Shown: positions 9,161 through 19,887, counted from the first letter of the stretch. The stretch is DNA of 64,000 bases from Candidatus Woesearchaeota archaeon (GCA_016930415.1 JAFGGS010000016.1:70817-134816), one strand, 5' to 3'. Program-made: numbers and translations. The notes: generated from the sequence alone by a model not told the origin.

Positions 9161-10453
9161 TTAAGCCTTCTTGACTAGGTCGATGCACATACCTGCAGCG
9201 ACAGTCTGACCTGAGTCCCTGACCGCGAACCTTGCGAGCTGAGGGATGTCCTTCTGCTTCTCGATGACGAGAGGCTGGACGGGCTTGAGCTTTACGATCG
9301 CGACGTCACCAGTCTTGATGAAGTCAGGTTTCTCAGCGAGCACTTCTCCAGTTGCCGGATTGATCTTCTTGGTCAGCTCAGTGAACTGGCAAGCGACCTG
9401 GGCAGTGTGGATGTGGAAGACTGGCGTGTAACCGATGGTTATGACGCTCGGGTGGTTCAAGACGACGACCTGGGCCGTGAACTCGCTTGCAACCGAAGGC
9501 ACGTTGTCCTCTGGGCCGAGTACGTCTCCTCTCGCGACGTCTTTCTTGCCGAATCCTCGCACGTTGATACCTACGTTGTCACCAGGAAGAGCTTCCTGAA
9601 GCTGTTCATGGTGCATCTCTATCGTCTTGACTTCCCCAGGGACTCCTTTTCCTTCCCTACCAGGAACTGCCATGACCTTGGCGCCTATCTTGAGCTTTCC
9701 AGTCTCAACTCTTCCGACAGGGACTACTCCGATACCTGTGATGTTGTAGACATCCTGGATTGGCATCCTCAACGGGAGGTCGATTGGCTTCTCTGGCTCC
9801 TTCAAGTCGTTGATCGCCTCTAGAAGGGTTATTCCCTTGTACCAAGGCATCTTGTCAGTCTTCTTGACGACGTTGTCGCCTGGGAAGCTGGCTATCGGGA
9901 TGAACTTGATCGCATCCGGCTTGTAGCCGACGCTCTTCAAGAGAGCAGATACCTGGTCCTTGACCTCGTTGTATCTCTTCTCCTCGTACTTGGCCATGTC
10001 CATCTTGTTGACTGCGATTATGACCTGCTGGACTCCAAGGGTCCTTGAGAGGAAGATGTGCTCCTTGGTCTGTGCCTGGACACCGTCGCTTGGATTGGCT
10101 GAGACGACGACAACAGCCGCGTCTGCCTGGCTGGTTCCAGTGATCATGTTCTTGATGAAGTCCTTGTGGCCTGGTGCGTCGATTATCGTCAGGTAGTACT
10201 TGTCGGTCAAGAGCTCCTTGTGGGCGAGATCGATAGTGACACCCCTTTCCCTCTCTTCCTTTAGGTTATCCATTACGAATGCGAACTCAAAGCCTGCTTT
10301 TCCAAGCTCCTGAGCCTTGTCTTTGAGCTTCTTCATAGCCTGCTCATCAATGTTTCCGCTATCGAATAGGATCCTTCCGACAGTAGTGCTTTTTCCGTGG
10401 TCAACGTGTCCAATGAACACGAGATTCAAATGTGGTTTTCCTCCCTTTGCCAT
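9161..10453 (-). CDS. tuf: translation elongation factor 1-alpha (aEF-1A)
   Basis: [14 protein letters not shown] and NKMD GTPase motifs. 430 aa. Confidence 0.95.
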   Translation of the reverse strand: MAKGGKPHLNLVFIGHVDHGKSTTVGRILFDSGNIDEQAMKKLKDKAQELGKAGFEFAFVMDNLKEERERGVTIDLAHKELLTDKYYLTIIDAPGHKDFIKNMITGTSQADAAVVVVSANPSDGVQAQTKEHIFLSRTLGVQQVIIAVNKMDMAKYEEKRYNEVKDQVSALLKSVGYKPDAIKFIPIASFPGDNVVKKTDKMPWYKGITLLEAINDLKEPEKPIDLPLRMPIQDVYNITGIGVVPVGRVETGKLKIGAKVMAVPGREGKGVPGEVKTIEMHHEQLQEALPGDNVGINVRGFGKKDVARGDVLGPEDNVPSVASEFTAQVVVLNHPSVITIGYTPVFHIHTAQVACQFTELTKKINPATGEVLAEKPDFIKTGDVAIVKLKPVQPLVIEKQKDIPQLARFAVRDSGQTVAAGMCIDLVKKA

Positions 10454-10582
10454 AGGTATTCACCCTCCAGTTTTTTTATACTCGATATCTTAATTTTCTT
10501 CGAAGCAAATAATACTTCAAAGTCCATTACATAAAATGGTAATGCACTGGAAAATGTGCTCCTTTTTAAAGCTTTCTGTTTT

Positions 10583-11725
10583 CTATGAAAACATATTTAT
10601 TATCTTCCTGAAGGATTTCTCATCAAGAATATCCTTGTACGCTCTCCCAAGATCCACAAGCAACTTCTCATCGATAGATATGCGTTTCTCAGCCAATACT
10701 CGCCTCATCCTCGAGAGATACTGCAGGAACTGAGTCACGTTCTTGGGCTTCGCAGTCATCCTGCACCTCTCGAAATCTATCATCACCGAATTGAAAGATT
10801 CTCCTTTTCCTGCGATAATGATGTCCTTGTATGGATTCGTGAGCTCAGTCTTATTGATGCCAAGCAAGTCCATCTCCCTGCACTGCTTGAGGACATCGCA
10901 TATCACTCCAGCGGCTTGTTGCTTCGTTATCTTCTCGTCATTCAGGAACTCCTCAATTCCTCTTCCGTCGACAAACTCCCGCCTGAGCTGCCCTTTCTTC
11001 CTGTCGAAAGATATGAACTTCGGGCCTATGCCTTTCTTGTTGAGCAGCTTCAGGAACCGGGCTTCGTTCTCAATCGTATCAACTGCTATTCCCGGTTTCT
11101 GCTCTTTGATGCAGATAGATTTTCCTTTCTCCTTAACAAGATATATCGCGCCACGCTTGCCAGAAGCATATAGTTCAGGTCCTGCGCAGGGCGATAATGT
11201 CAGCTTGTAGACGTATAGCTCTTCGAAGAACGGAAGGCTCTTCTTAGACAAGAGCTCTGATTCATACCCTTCCCTTCTCATCATGTTGAGCGTACTCTCT
11301 CCAGTCCTGTTGCTGAAGACTGTGAGGATGAACCCATCCTTCCCGAGGCGAGTCTTGGCGTCCTTGAGGAAGCGTTCGATGATCTCGAAGCCGACTTTCC
11401 CGCCGTCGAGTGCCTTGTCAGGATCATGCGCGTCATCAGGCAAGTATGGTGGATTGAATATTATGACGTCAAAGAATCCCTTCACGCTCCGGAACAGGTC
11501 TGATCGGTTGCATCTTATCTTAGCTATCTTTTTCTTCTTCAGATAGAATACTGCATCAGGATTTATGTCGACGGCCACGACTTCTCTCACCGCGGCGCAG
11601 TGAGCCGCGGCTATCGCCTGTATACCAGAGCCAGTCCCCATATCGAGGACGCGACCGCGCGCAAAGCGCTCGACCTGCTCCTGCAGCAGGTAACTATCCT
11701 CTTCAGGCTCATAAATCCTTATCAT
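10583..11725 (-). CDS. fusion protein: N-terminal HemK/Mtq2-like methyltransferase (NPPY) plus C-terminal Bud32/RIO-like kinase(-like) domain
   Basis: VLDMGTGSGIQAIA and FNPPY in the first ~170 aa. The C-terminal half (ASGKRGAIYLVKEKG ... LLGINKTELTNPYKDIII ... MIDFERC) matches the Bud32 Gly-loop, catalytic and DFG regions, with HGD replaced by KTE. Confidence 0.55.
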   Translation of the reverse strand: MIRIYEPEEDSYLLQEQVERFARGRVLDMGTGSGIQAIAAAHCAAVREVVAVDINPDAVFYLKKKKIAKIRCNRSDLFRSVKGFFDVIIFNPPYLPDDAHDPDKALDGGKVGFEIIERFLKDAKTRLGKDGFILTVFSNRTGESTLNMMRREGYESELLSKKSLPFFEELYVYKLTLSPCAGPELYASGKRGAIYLVKEKGKSICIKEQKPGIAVDTIENEARFLKLLNKKGIGPKFISFDRKKGQLRREFVDGRGIEEFLNDEKITKQQAAGVICDVLKQCREMDLLGINKTELTNPYKDIIIAGKGESFNSVMIDFERCRMTAKPKNVTQFLQYLSRMRRVLAEKRISIDEKLLVDLGRAYKDILDEKSFRKIINMFS

Positions 11726-11759
11726 AGCTCCAGAATCAGCGTTGTCATTTAAAAAAGTT

Positions 11760-12221
11760 TTATTTCCTGAAGGCCTTATCAGCCTCTTTCAAGTATTCCT
11801 TGACCCTGTTTATTATGCTCGTCAGGTAGTATTCCTCAATATTCTCTTCAAAAAGGCTGAGGAGGGTGCTATTCTCCTTGATCCTGTAGCTGTTCTTGAC
11901 TTTCTCTACTATGAACATGTCACGAAGGCGCAGGAGCTGGCGCCTGATGTTCGAAGGAGCGATTCCAAGCATCGGAAGACTGTGCTTCTTCCTGCAATGT
12001 ACTGTTAGCTTCTCGACCTCGCTGCTTGAGAGCTCCTCGCTGGCTTCAAGCATTACCAGGAGTACGTCCACGACGACGTCTCTTGAGTCTCCTGGCTGCA
12101 GGAGCCCGAGGCTCAGGCATATCTTACGCGCAAGATCCCTCTTGTTCTTGCTGCTTGGCTTCTCGTACTTCCGAAGCGTTATCTCTGCAAGAGGCGTGTC
12201 TTTGCTTATCGTTCTCTTCAA
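11760..12221 (-). CDS. hypothetical protein, possible winged-helix DNA-binding protein
   Basis: 153 aa, basic, helical. Weak. Confidence 0.35.
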   Translation of the reverse strand: MKRTISKDTPLAEITLRKYEKPSSKNKRDLARKICLSLGLLQPGDSRDVVVDVLLVMLEASEELSSSEVEKLTVHCRKKHSLPMLGIAPSNIRRQLLRLRDMFIVEKVKNSYRIKENSTLLSLFEENIEEYYLTSIINRVKEYLKEADKAFRK

Positions 12222-12439
12222 GATGATTCAACTCCCCCCAATAAACATGATTAAACTAATTTTAAACATAATTGAACTTAATCTAAATAAAAAAGTGCAG
12301 TGATGCGCAACAATAACGATAACTTGTTCACAAACACCCCAATGAATAATCCCTGATGAAAACCTTTAAGCAACAAGAAGTATATAAAAGTTTTTGTTTT
12401 CAATAGATACAATGCTACAGAACTCTGCAGTCAAAGAAA

Positions 12440-15307
12440 TCACTTCTTCAGAAGAAACCGAAACTCCTTCTCGCGGATTTTAGCCTTGTCCTCGAAGTCA
12501 GGCTTGAAACCATCCTTTTCCTCTTTTGAGAACTCCAGCTTGTCAGCGCCGACCTTCTCCTTCAGGTCATCAATGAACTTAGATGGTAAGGAATACTCGG
12601 ACAAGACGCATACCTCGACACGGTCATTCTTCTGAAGGCCAGCCTTCTTCCTCAAAGCTTGAATCCTCCTCGCGATCTCGCGAGCAAACCCTTCAGCCTC
12701 AAGGCTTGGAGTGGGAGCGGTGTCAAGCTCAACCTTGGTCTCGCTCTTAGCCTCGCTCTTCTTTATCAGGAGCTTCTTTATGTTGGTCTGCTGCATGATA
12801 AGATCCTCAGATTTCTTGAGCACAGCAGGGTTATCAACCATTATCTCAGCCCTGGCAAGAGGCCAACGGACACCAATCCCAGCCTCCTCCCGCTTCCCGA
12901 GGATCAAGGTGATGACCTGCTTAGTCACGCGCATCTCCTCCTCAAGAGCAGGGTTTATGAGCTTCTCATCAGGCATAGGCCAGTCGCAAAGATGCACTGA
13001 TTCCTCCTTCAGGCCATATGCCTCTCTCAGATTCTGGTATATTGCTTCTGAGATGAAAGGCAGGCTCGGCGCCAATGCCCTCACCAGCTCTAAAAGAGAA
13101 CAGTATATTGTGTCTACAACAATCTGCTTGTCATCCTTATCCCTAATGAACTGGATGTAATCCCTGGACAGGTCAAGGAACGCGGACTCAAGCTCCAAAG
13201 TGACATCGTTAAGAAGATACTTCTCATGCATCTCAGTAACCGCCTTCAAGGTAGAATTCATCCTGGATAAGATGTAAGACTCCTCTATCCCCAACTTGTC
13301 CTTCCCGATAACCCTCGGCTTCAACCCATAAGTCTTGGTAAGATCGAGAAGATAGTTCTGGATGTTCCACAAGACCTGCAGGTTCTTGTACTTGATCTTA
13401 ACGTCCTCCCAGCTGAAGTTCATGTCAACGCCAGGCTTGGTCTCCCCAGTATAATACCTCAAGGTGTCAGCTCCGTACTTGTCGATGAGCTCGTAAGGAG
13501 ATATTATGTTCCCCAGGCTCTTGCTCATCTTCTTGCCTTCAAAGTCTGTTATGAAACCATGCATGTAGATAGACTTGAAACTAGCTTTCTGGAAGGTTAT
13601 CATGCTAGCCACCATCAAGAGATTGAACCAGCCTCGTATCTGGTCCTTACCCTCAAGGATGAAGTCAGCAGGGAAGAACTTATCGAACAAGTCAGTCCTG
13701 CCAGGATAATAAAGACAATTCCAGCTGGTAGTGCCCGCGTCGATCCAGACGTCAAGTATGTCAGGAATCCTCTTCATGACACCGCCGCACTCGCACTTGA
13801 GAGTCACCTCGTCAATCCAGGGCTTGTGGAGGTTTTCAGGAAGCTTCTTGGTCTTTGTCTCAAGCTCCTTTATGCTTCCCAAGACTTCGTATCCCTCGCA
13901 TTTCTCGCAGCGCCATATAGGAACCGGCGTTCCCCAATACCTCTGCTTCGTGATGCTGTTGTCACGCAGGTTGTCAAGCCAGCTGTTGAAAGCGTTCTTG
14001 CCAGCCTGAGGCACCCAGTAAACGTCCTGATTGGCCTTGAGCATGCTCTCCTTCAAGTCCTCTACCTTGAAGAACCATTGCTTGGTCTTCCTGAATATGG
14101 CAGGCGTGTGGCATCGTTCGCAATGAGGATACTCATGTTCTACGCCGCTCACGGCTATGAGCGCCCCATCCTTCTTCAATGCCTCTATGAACTTGCGGTC
14201 GTCCCTCTTAGCGACCAGTCCTGCGAACTCGCCAGCCTCTTTTGGGAATACGCCGTTCTCATCAAGGTTGTTGAAAGGCGGCAGGTTGTTCCTGTAACCA
14301 ACTTCATAATCTTCAGGGCCGCAGCCAGGAGCGCAGTGGACAAGCCCGGAACCTGCGCTAGTGTCGACGTACTCTGATGAGAGCACAACAGAGTGAACCT
14401 TAGGATGCTTCTTCTTAAGATCCTTATACACTGGAAGCTTGCCGGACCATGGATGCTCATATTCCATCCCCTCAAGCTTGGAACCCTTGAGAGTCTCTAG
14501 TATCTCATAAGTCTTGCCTGCGACGGCACCGATGAAGACGTTCGCCAAGGGTTTTGAGATTATCCAAGTCTCATCACCAACCCTGCACTTCTGGTAATCG
14601 ACCTCAGGATTGACCATTATGGCCAGGTTGAACATGATAGTCCAGGGAGTGGTAGTCCAGATTATCAGGAACTCATCCTTAGAAGCCTTCACCTTGAACT
14701 TGAGGAATATGCTATCCTCTTTTATAGTATGATACTCGCATTCGTGCTTAGCCATGGCCGTGGCGCAGCTAGGACACCAAGTGATGGTCTTATCGCCCTC
14801 GTAGAGCCTCTTCTGCTCGTGAGCCTTCTTCACCAAGAGCCACTCGCCATCCATGAACTCGTTATTTACAGGCATGTATGGATCATCGTAATCCATCCAG
14901 ACGCCTAGGCGCCACAAGTCTTTGTTCATATCCTTAGCTTTCTCAACGCTCCAGGTCAGGCACTCTTGAGCAAAGCGCTCCACGCCGAACTTCTCGATGT
15001 CCTCCTTGGTCTTGAGCTTATGAGCCTCCATGACCTTCCTCTCAGTCGGGAGGCCATGCATGTCATAGCCGGCGCGGTCCCAGACGTCAAAGCCCCTCAT
15101 CCTCTTGTAACGAAGAGCCTTATCCTTCATCCCGTTGTTCCACGCCTGGCCCATGTGGAGCTTGCCGCTGGTATAAGGAGGGCCTTGCAGGAAATAGAAG
15201 GGCTTGCCTGACTTGTTCTTCTCGCGAGCCTTCTCATAAATCCCGTTTTCCTTCCAGAGTTTCAGGACTGATTCTTCGACTTCTTTGAAAACATAAGGCT
15301 TACCCAT
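12440..15307 (-). CDS. ileS: isoleucyl-tRNA synthetase
   Basis: Class I HIGH-type motif (PPYTSGKLHMG), WTTTPWT, KMSKS, 955 aa. Confidence 0.8.
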   Translation of the reverse strand: MGKPYVFKEVEESVLKLWKENGIYEKAREKNKSGKPFYFLQGPPYTSGKLHMGQAWNNGMKDKALRYKRMRGFDVWDRAGYDMHGLPTERKVMEAHKLKTKEDIEKFGVERFAQECLTWSVEKAKDMNKDLWRLGVWMDYDDPYMPVNNEFMDGEWLLVKKAHEQKRLYEGDKTITWCPSCATAMAKHECEYHTIKEDSIFLKFKVKASKDEFLIIWTTTPWTIMFNLAIMVNPEVDYQKCRVGDETWIISKPLANVFIGAVAGKTYEILETLKGSKLEGMEYEHPWSGKLPVYKDLKKKHPKVHSVVLSSEYVDTSAGSGLVHCAPGCGPEDYEVGYRNNLPPFNNLDENGVFPKEAGEFAGLVAKRDDRKFIEALKKDGALIAVSGVEHEYPHCERCHTPAIFRKTKQWFFKVEDLKESMLKANQDVYWVPQAGKNAFNSWLDNLRDNSITKQRYWGTPVPIWRCEKCEGYEVLGSIKELETKTKKLPENLHKPWIDEVTLKCECGGVMKRIPDILDVWIDAGTTSWNCLYYPGRTDLFDKFFPADFILEGKDQIRGWFNLLMVASMITFQKASFKSIYMHGFITDFEGKKMSKSLGNIISPYELIDKYGADTLRYYTGETKPGVDMNFSWEDVKIKYKNLQVLWNIQNYLLDLTKTYGLKPRVIGKDKLGIEESYILSRMNSTLKAVTEMHEKYLLNDVTLELESAFLDLSRDYIQFIRDKDDKQIVVDTIYCSLLELVRALAPSLPFISEAIYQNLREAYGLKEESVHLCDWPMPDEKLINPALEEEMRVTKQVITLILGKREEAGIGVRWPLARAEIMVDNPAVLKKSEDLIMQQTNIKKLLIKKSEAKSETKVELDTAPTPSLEAEGFAREIARRIQALRKKAGLQKNDRVEVCVLSEYSLPSKFIDDLKEKVGADKLEFSKEEKDGFKPDFEDKAKIREKEFRFLLKK

Positions 15308-15500
15308 GATAAGTTCGGATAGTGAGGGGGAGGTTTATAAAATTTTGCGTTTTCTTTGACTCCGCTCGGATCAGTGTAAATACGGTCTGCAATCATATCT
15401 TCATCAACATCCTTTTTCTGCAACAACAAAATATATAAATCCTGATGAGTTCAATTGATTTTATTCTCGTAGAGTCTTTTACAGTTTTTTGGGTGAAGTT

Positions 15501-16430
15501 ATGGTGTATGACGTGATAATCATAGGGGCTGGATTCGCTGGCTATTCTGCGGCGATATACGCTGCCAGGTACAATCTCAAGACGCTTGTAGTCGCTAAGG
15601 AGCTTGGAGGTATGATCCTCGAGGCTCATGCAGTTGAGAACTATCCAGGATTCCGAAAGGTTTCCGGTATGGAGCTCATGCAGAAATTCGAAGAGCAAGC
15701 GCGAGACCTAGGCGCAGAGATCGAGATGAACGAAGTCGTAGGCCTAGAGAAGAAAGACAACATATACCTAGTCCATACGTCCAGCACCAAGGTGCACGAA
15801 GCCAAAGCAGTCATCCTAGCGACAGGCACCAAGAAGAGGAAGCTAGGAATCCCAGGCCAAAAAGAATACGAGGGCAAAGGAGTGCATTACTGCGCGACGT
15901 GCGACGCACCCTTCTACAAGAACAAGGTCGTAGGAGTAATCGGCGGCAGCAACGCAGCAGCCTTTGCAGCAGACCTGCTCAGGAAATATGCCTCGAAAAT
16001 ATACCTGATATACAGGAAGGAAGAACTCAGGTGCGAGCCAGCCCTAAAAGACCAAGTGCTCTCAGACCCGAAAGTAGAAGTCATATACCGCACCAACCTG
16101 ACAGAATTCAAAGGAACCAAGTTCCTTGAGAGCGTGATCATAGACAAGGAATACAAAGGAGCAAGAGAGCTAAAGCTTGACGGAGTCTTCGTAGAAGTAG
16201 GCGGCCTCCCAACATCAGCCCTTGCCTCTGCGCTGGGATGCGAACTAGGCAAGACAGGAGAGATACTCGTGAACAATCAATGCGAGACAAAAGTCAAAGG
16301 ACTCTACGCGGCAGGAGACGTCACCAACACGCCACTCCGCCAAGGGATCGTGGCTGCAGGACAAGGAGCCATAGCAGCCACCAGCGCATACAAGTATTTG
16401 AGCGGCAAGAACATGGGAAGCGGATGGTAG
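15501..16430 (+). CDS. trxB: thioredoxin-disulfide reductase
   Basis: FAD GxGxxG (IIIGAGFAG) and the redox-active CATC. Start moved to the ATG at 15501 (RBS GGGTGA). The track start at 15489 is TTG. Confidence 0.85.
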   Translation: MVYDVIIIGAGFAGYSAAIYAARYNLKTLVVAKELGGMILEAHAVENYPGFRKVSGMELMQKFEEQARDLGAEIEMNEVVGLEKKDNIYLVHTSSTKVHEAKAVILATGTKKRKLGIPGQKEYEGKGVHYCATCDAPFYKNKVVGVIGGSNAAAFAADLLRKYASKIYLIYRKEELRCEPALKDQVLSDPKVEVIYRTNLTEFKGTKFLESVIIDKEYKGARELKLDGVFVEVGGLPTSALASALGCELGKTGEILVNNQCETKVKGLYAAGDVTNTPLRQGIVAAGQGAIAATSAYKYLSGKNMGSGW

Positions 16431-16488
16431 AGCGCATCTTATGCGCGCGCACGATGATAATGGATCACACAACTGGAGGTTGAGATAA

Positions 16489-16800
16489 TTGGTCAATAAC
16501 ATAGGAGACAAAGATTACAAAACCAAGACAGGGAAAGGAAACGCAGTGATAGACTTCTACGCAGACTGGTGCGGACCATGCAAGATAATGGCTCCCGCAT
16601 TCGAGAAGGTCGGGAAGGAAGTAAAGAACATAGAATTCTTCAGGGTGAATGTGGATGACAATCAGGAAGCCGCAGACGCCTTCGGCATCAGGAGCATCCC
16701 AACGATAATCTTCCTGAAAGACGGGCAGGAGCTCGACAGGATCATAGGAGTCATGCCAGAAGCAGTCTTCAAATCCAAGGTCGAGAAAGCCTTCAAGTGA
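16489..16800 (+). CDS. trx: thioredoxin
   Basis: WCGPC active site. Only a TTG start (16489) gives a full-length N terminus, and it sits 8 nt after GGAGGT. Confidence 0.8.
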   Translation: MVNNIGDKDYKTKTGKGNAVIDFYADWCGPCKIMAPAFEKVGKEVKNIEFFRVNVDDNQEAADAFGIRSIPTIIFLKDGQELDRIIGVMPEAVFKSKVEKAFK

Positions 16801-16883
16801 GAAGAGAAAGAAAATCTTCCAAACATATTATTTTCCGATTTTTCCAATAATTATAAATACTTCTAAGACGTAGCTTCAAACAG

Positions 16884-17663
16884 ATGTTCATAAACAACAT
16901 AAACCCTGTGCTTCTAAGCCTGGGGCCGCTGCAGATAAGATATTACGGCCTAGTATACGCTCTAGGATTCCTGGCAGCATACTACCTGATCTACAAGTTC
17001 TCAAAAGAAGGCAAGATAAAAAACATGACCTCGGAGCGATCAGACATCCTGACGCTCTACATGATAATAGGAGGGATAGCCGGCGGAAGGCTATTCCACT
17101 TCATATTCTACAACCTGGCCTCGCTCATCCAAAACCCGCTGGAACTCTTCTACATCTGGCATGGAGGGATGAGCTTCCACGGAGGACTGTTAGGAATGGC
17201 TTTTGCGATCTGGCTCTTCTGTAGGCGATACCATGTAAGCTTCTATAAGGTAGCAGACCTGATCGCGATCCCAAGCGCATTCTTCCTATTCCTAGGAAGA
17301 GTAGCCAACTTCATAAACAGCGAACTCGTAGGCATAGTGACGAACTCAGAGAAGACGCCCTGGTGTGTGGTCTTCGAGAAAGTCGACGACGCCTGCAGGC
17401 ACCCTAGCCAGCTCTACGAAGCCGGAAAGAACCTCCTGATCTTCGGGACGCTCATGATGATGAGGCTGAAAGGCAAGCTCAAGGATGGAATCGCATTCTG
17501 GACCTTCATCCTGATGTATGGAACCCTAAGATTCATAACAAACATCTGGAGAGACGACCCCAGGCTATACGGGATAAGTACAGGTCAATTCCTATCCCTC
17601 CTCATGATACCAGTAGCGATATACTTCCTATGGAAGATAAACAGGAAGAAACCCCTCCATTAG
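16884..17663 (+). CDS. lgt: prolipoprotein diacylglyceryl transferase (Lgt family)
   Basis: Lgt signatures YGL.Y..G, W.GGMSFHGG and RHPSQLYE are present. About 7 TM segments. Confidence 0.7.
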   Translation: MFINNINPVLLSLGPLQIRYYGLVYALGFLAAYYLIYKFSKEGKIKNMTSERSDILTLYMIIGGIAGGRLFHFIFYNLASLIQNPLELFYIWHGGMSFHGGLLGMAFAIWLFCRRYHVSFYKVADLIAIPSAFFLFLGRVANFINSELVGIVTNSEKTPWCVVFEKVDDACRHPSQLYEAGKNLLIFGTLMMMRLKGKLKDGIAFWTFILMYGTLRFITNIWRDDPRLYGISTGQFLSLLMIPVAIYFLWKINRKKPLH

Positions 17664-17717
17664 AAAAAATTTATATTATGCATCGTCCCTCTAATGCAAT
17701 GTTAGGAGGTTCAACAA

Positions 17718-19154
17718 ATGATCTGTAGAAAGATTACTTTGATAGCAGTCCTGATTCTGACGTCATTGATAGTATCATCTTGCCAACAGGTAACTCCTGA
17801 TTCACTTCATGGGCAGCAGGGCTTGAGCGGAACTGAGGTGAAACAGCCAATCATCCCATCTGAAGACACTAATGTCCAGGATGAATCCAGCTCTGACATA
17901 GCTTCCGAGCCAACAAATCAGATGGAAGATAAGAACGCTCAAGAGGAGTATTCTCAAGAGGAAGACCTTGCTGAACCCCAGATCCAGACCTCTTCATCAG
18001 AGCTTCCGGACAGAGACTTCGAAGTAGATGAACTCTTCATATTCATAAGCAACATGACAGGCACTCCCAAGATATTCCGGGCAGATAACAGGACAGACTT
18101 TTCGCAGGACATGAAGAAAAAAGGCCACATATTCTACACCTCCAACAACCAATTCAAGAACTGGGTGGTCGAAGTGATAGAGAACAAGGATGACCAGCTC
18201 GTAGACGGCCAGGCATTCTATGATTACGCAGGAGGACAGAATTGGATAGGATGGAAATACTACACTAACCAGACTTGGTGGGACTTCATACACGACCCTC
18301 TGACTGAGAAGGAACTCGAGAATATGCTACCTCAATACAACTACAAGACCAAGTACAGGACAGATCTGTACAGCGACTGGATTGATAGGAACGAGAAAGA
18401 AGAGGCTTTCGAGAACAATCTTGGGAAGTTCCTCAGATATCAACTCATCGCGATCGAATTCACTCCAGAGACAGAGGATCACTACTGGATAGGCAACTGG
18501 GGCGTGCCATTCATGCAGATATACAAGATCCCATGCACAAAAGACACAATCGTATACTACAGACCAGATTATAAGTACACCAACGAGGCAGGATTCGCCA
18601 ACCAGAAAATAGAGAGCGTGCTAAAGCTTTGGGATGGGGAGCTGCAGGTAAGCCTGAAGGAAGTCACACCCTACTCAGAACAGATAATGGAGTATTGCGG
18701 CGTTTCAAAGGAGACGTTCCAAGATGTTGATTTCCAGGACTATGAGAATCACGCAGTAAAGGTGTTCAACTGGAAAGTGTACTTCTTCGCTCTGTTCAAT
18801 TACTCGATGGAAGCTCAGGCGAATATAGAGCCGATTAAGAAAGATGAAGATATATTCAAGATAGAACAGTTAAACCTGACGTTCAAGACGTTCACAGATG
18901 AAAGAGACCTGCGCTCCTTAAGAGTAAAGATCGAACTTGAGAACGAACAAAGGTCCATGATCGAGTACGGAGATTTCATAATAGTCTCCGAAAAGATGGA
19001 TGCAGGGGATACATTCAACAAAAGCGTATCAGTGGACCATTCGCCCTTCCGGAAGAATACAACGCTCATCCTTAGGCCATATTACGGCTATGAGGAAAGC
19101 ATAGACGCTTACAAATACTATTTGGGAGAACCCATAAGGGTCCCACTGACATGA
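17718..19154 (+). CDS. putative lipoprotein (signal peptide with lipobox-like VSSC), acidic secreted protein
   Basis: N terminus MICRKITLIAVLILTSLIVSS|C. RBS GGAGG. Sits immediately downstream of lgt. Confidence 0.5.
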   Translation: MICRKITLIAVLILTSLIVSSCQQVTPDSLHGQQGLSGTEVKQPIIPSEDTNVQDESSSDIASEPTNQMEDKNAQEEYSQEEDLAEPQIQTSSSELPDRDFEVDELFIFISNMTGTPKIFRADNRTDFSQDMKKKGHIFYTSNNQFKNWVVEVIENKDDQLVDGQAFYDYAGGQNWIGWKYYTNQTWWDFIHDPLTEKELENMLPQYNYKTKYRTDLYSDWIDRNEKEEAFENNLGKFLRYQLIAIEFTPETEDHYWIGNWGVPFMQIYKIPCTKDTIVYYRPDYKYTNEAGFANQKIESVLKLWDGELQVSLKEVTPYSEQIMEYCGVSKETFQDVDFQDYENHAVKVFNWKVYFFALFNYSMEAQANIEPIKKDEDIFKIEQLNLTFKTFTDERDLRSLRVKIELENEQRSMIEYGDFIIVSEKMDAGDTFNKSVSVDHSPFRKNTTLILRPYYGYEESIDAYKYYLGEPIRVPLT

Positions 19155-19215
19155 TGAGGCAAAAATATAAAAACAGGTCCTGCCCTGAGACAGTGATAAA
19201 GAGGTATCTTGCCTT

Positions 19216-19887
19216 ATGCGACAAAAGCCAGTCATAATAGTGAACTTCAAGGTCTACAGCGAGTCTATCGGTGAGAATGCCGTCCGCCTGGCTAAGGTTT
19301 GCGAGAAGGTCTCTATCGAGACAGGCACTGACATCCGCGTAGCGGTAGGCGCGACTGACATCCACGAGGTCTCTGAATCAGTCTCTATCCCAGTCTATTC
19401 TGAGCACGTCGACGAGTACCCTCTTGGCAAGCACACAGGCAGCATATTGCCTGAGATGGTGAAGACAGCAGGCGCCACAGGAACCTTGATCAACCACTCA
19501 GAGCATAAGGTCCCGTTAGGGAAGCTTGAGGAGTGCATCGAGCGCTCCAGGAACCTAGGCCTCGTGACTGTTGCCTGCGCTGAGAACGTCGAGGAGGAGC
19601 AGGCAATCCTTGGTTTCAAGTCAAAGCCTGACTTCCTGGCAATCGAGCCGCCAGAGCTCATCGGCGGGGACATAAGCGTGAGTTCTGCCAGGCCTGAACT
19701 GATAACCCAGAGCGTGGCTGCAGCGGGCAAGACCAGGGGCGTCAGATTGCTTGTCGGCGCCGGCATCAAGACACTAGCTGACGTAGAGACTGCTCTTAGG
19801 CTCGGCGCTGACGGGGTGCTCATCGCGTCAGGCATCGACCTGGCATCTGACCCTGAGAAGGCGCTAAAAGAGATAATACCATCGTAG
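19216..19887 (+). CDS. tpiA: triosephosphate isomerase (archaeal type)
   Basis: ~223 aa. The VIIVNFKVY start, the AVGATDIHE region and the GGDISVS loop match archaeal TIM. Confidence 0.85.
   Translation: MRQKPVIIVNFKVYSESIGENAVRLAKVCEKVSIETGTDIRVAVGATDIHEVSESVSIPVYSEHVDEYPLGKHTGSILPEMVKTAGATGTLINHSEHKVPLGKLEECIERSRNLGLVTVACAENVEEEQAILGFKSKPDFLAIEPPELIGGDISVSSARPELITQSVAAAGKTRGVRLLVGAGIKTLADVETALRLGADGVLIASGIDLASDPEKALKEIIPS

Noticed and set aside
13559-14377. 272-aa plus-strand ORF inside ileS
   Set aside because: It is antisense to a conserved class I aaRS, and the same holds for 12659..13160 and 13731..14009. It is a shadow ORF.
15420-15470. CUGAUGAG motif suggesting a box C/D sRNA or hammerhead core
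   Set aside because: There is no matching box D (CUGA) or C'/D' at the right spacing, and no GAAA/stem III for a hammerhead. It is probably part of the trxB promoter region.
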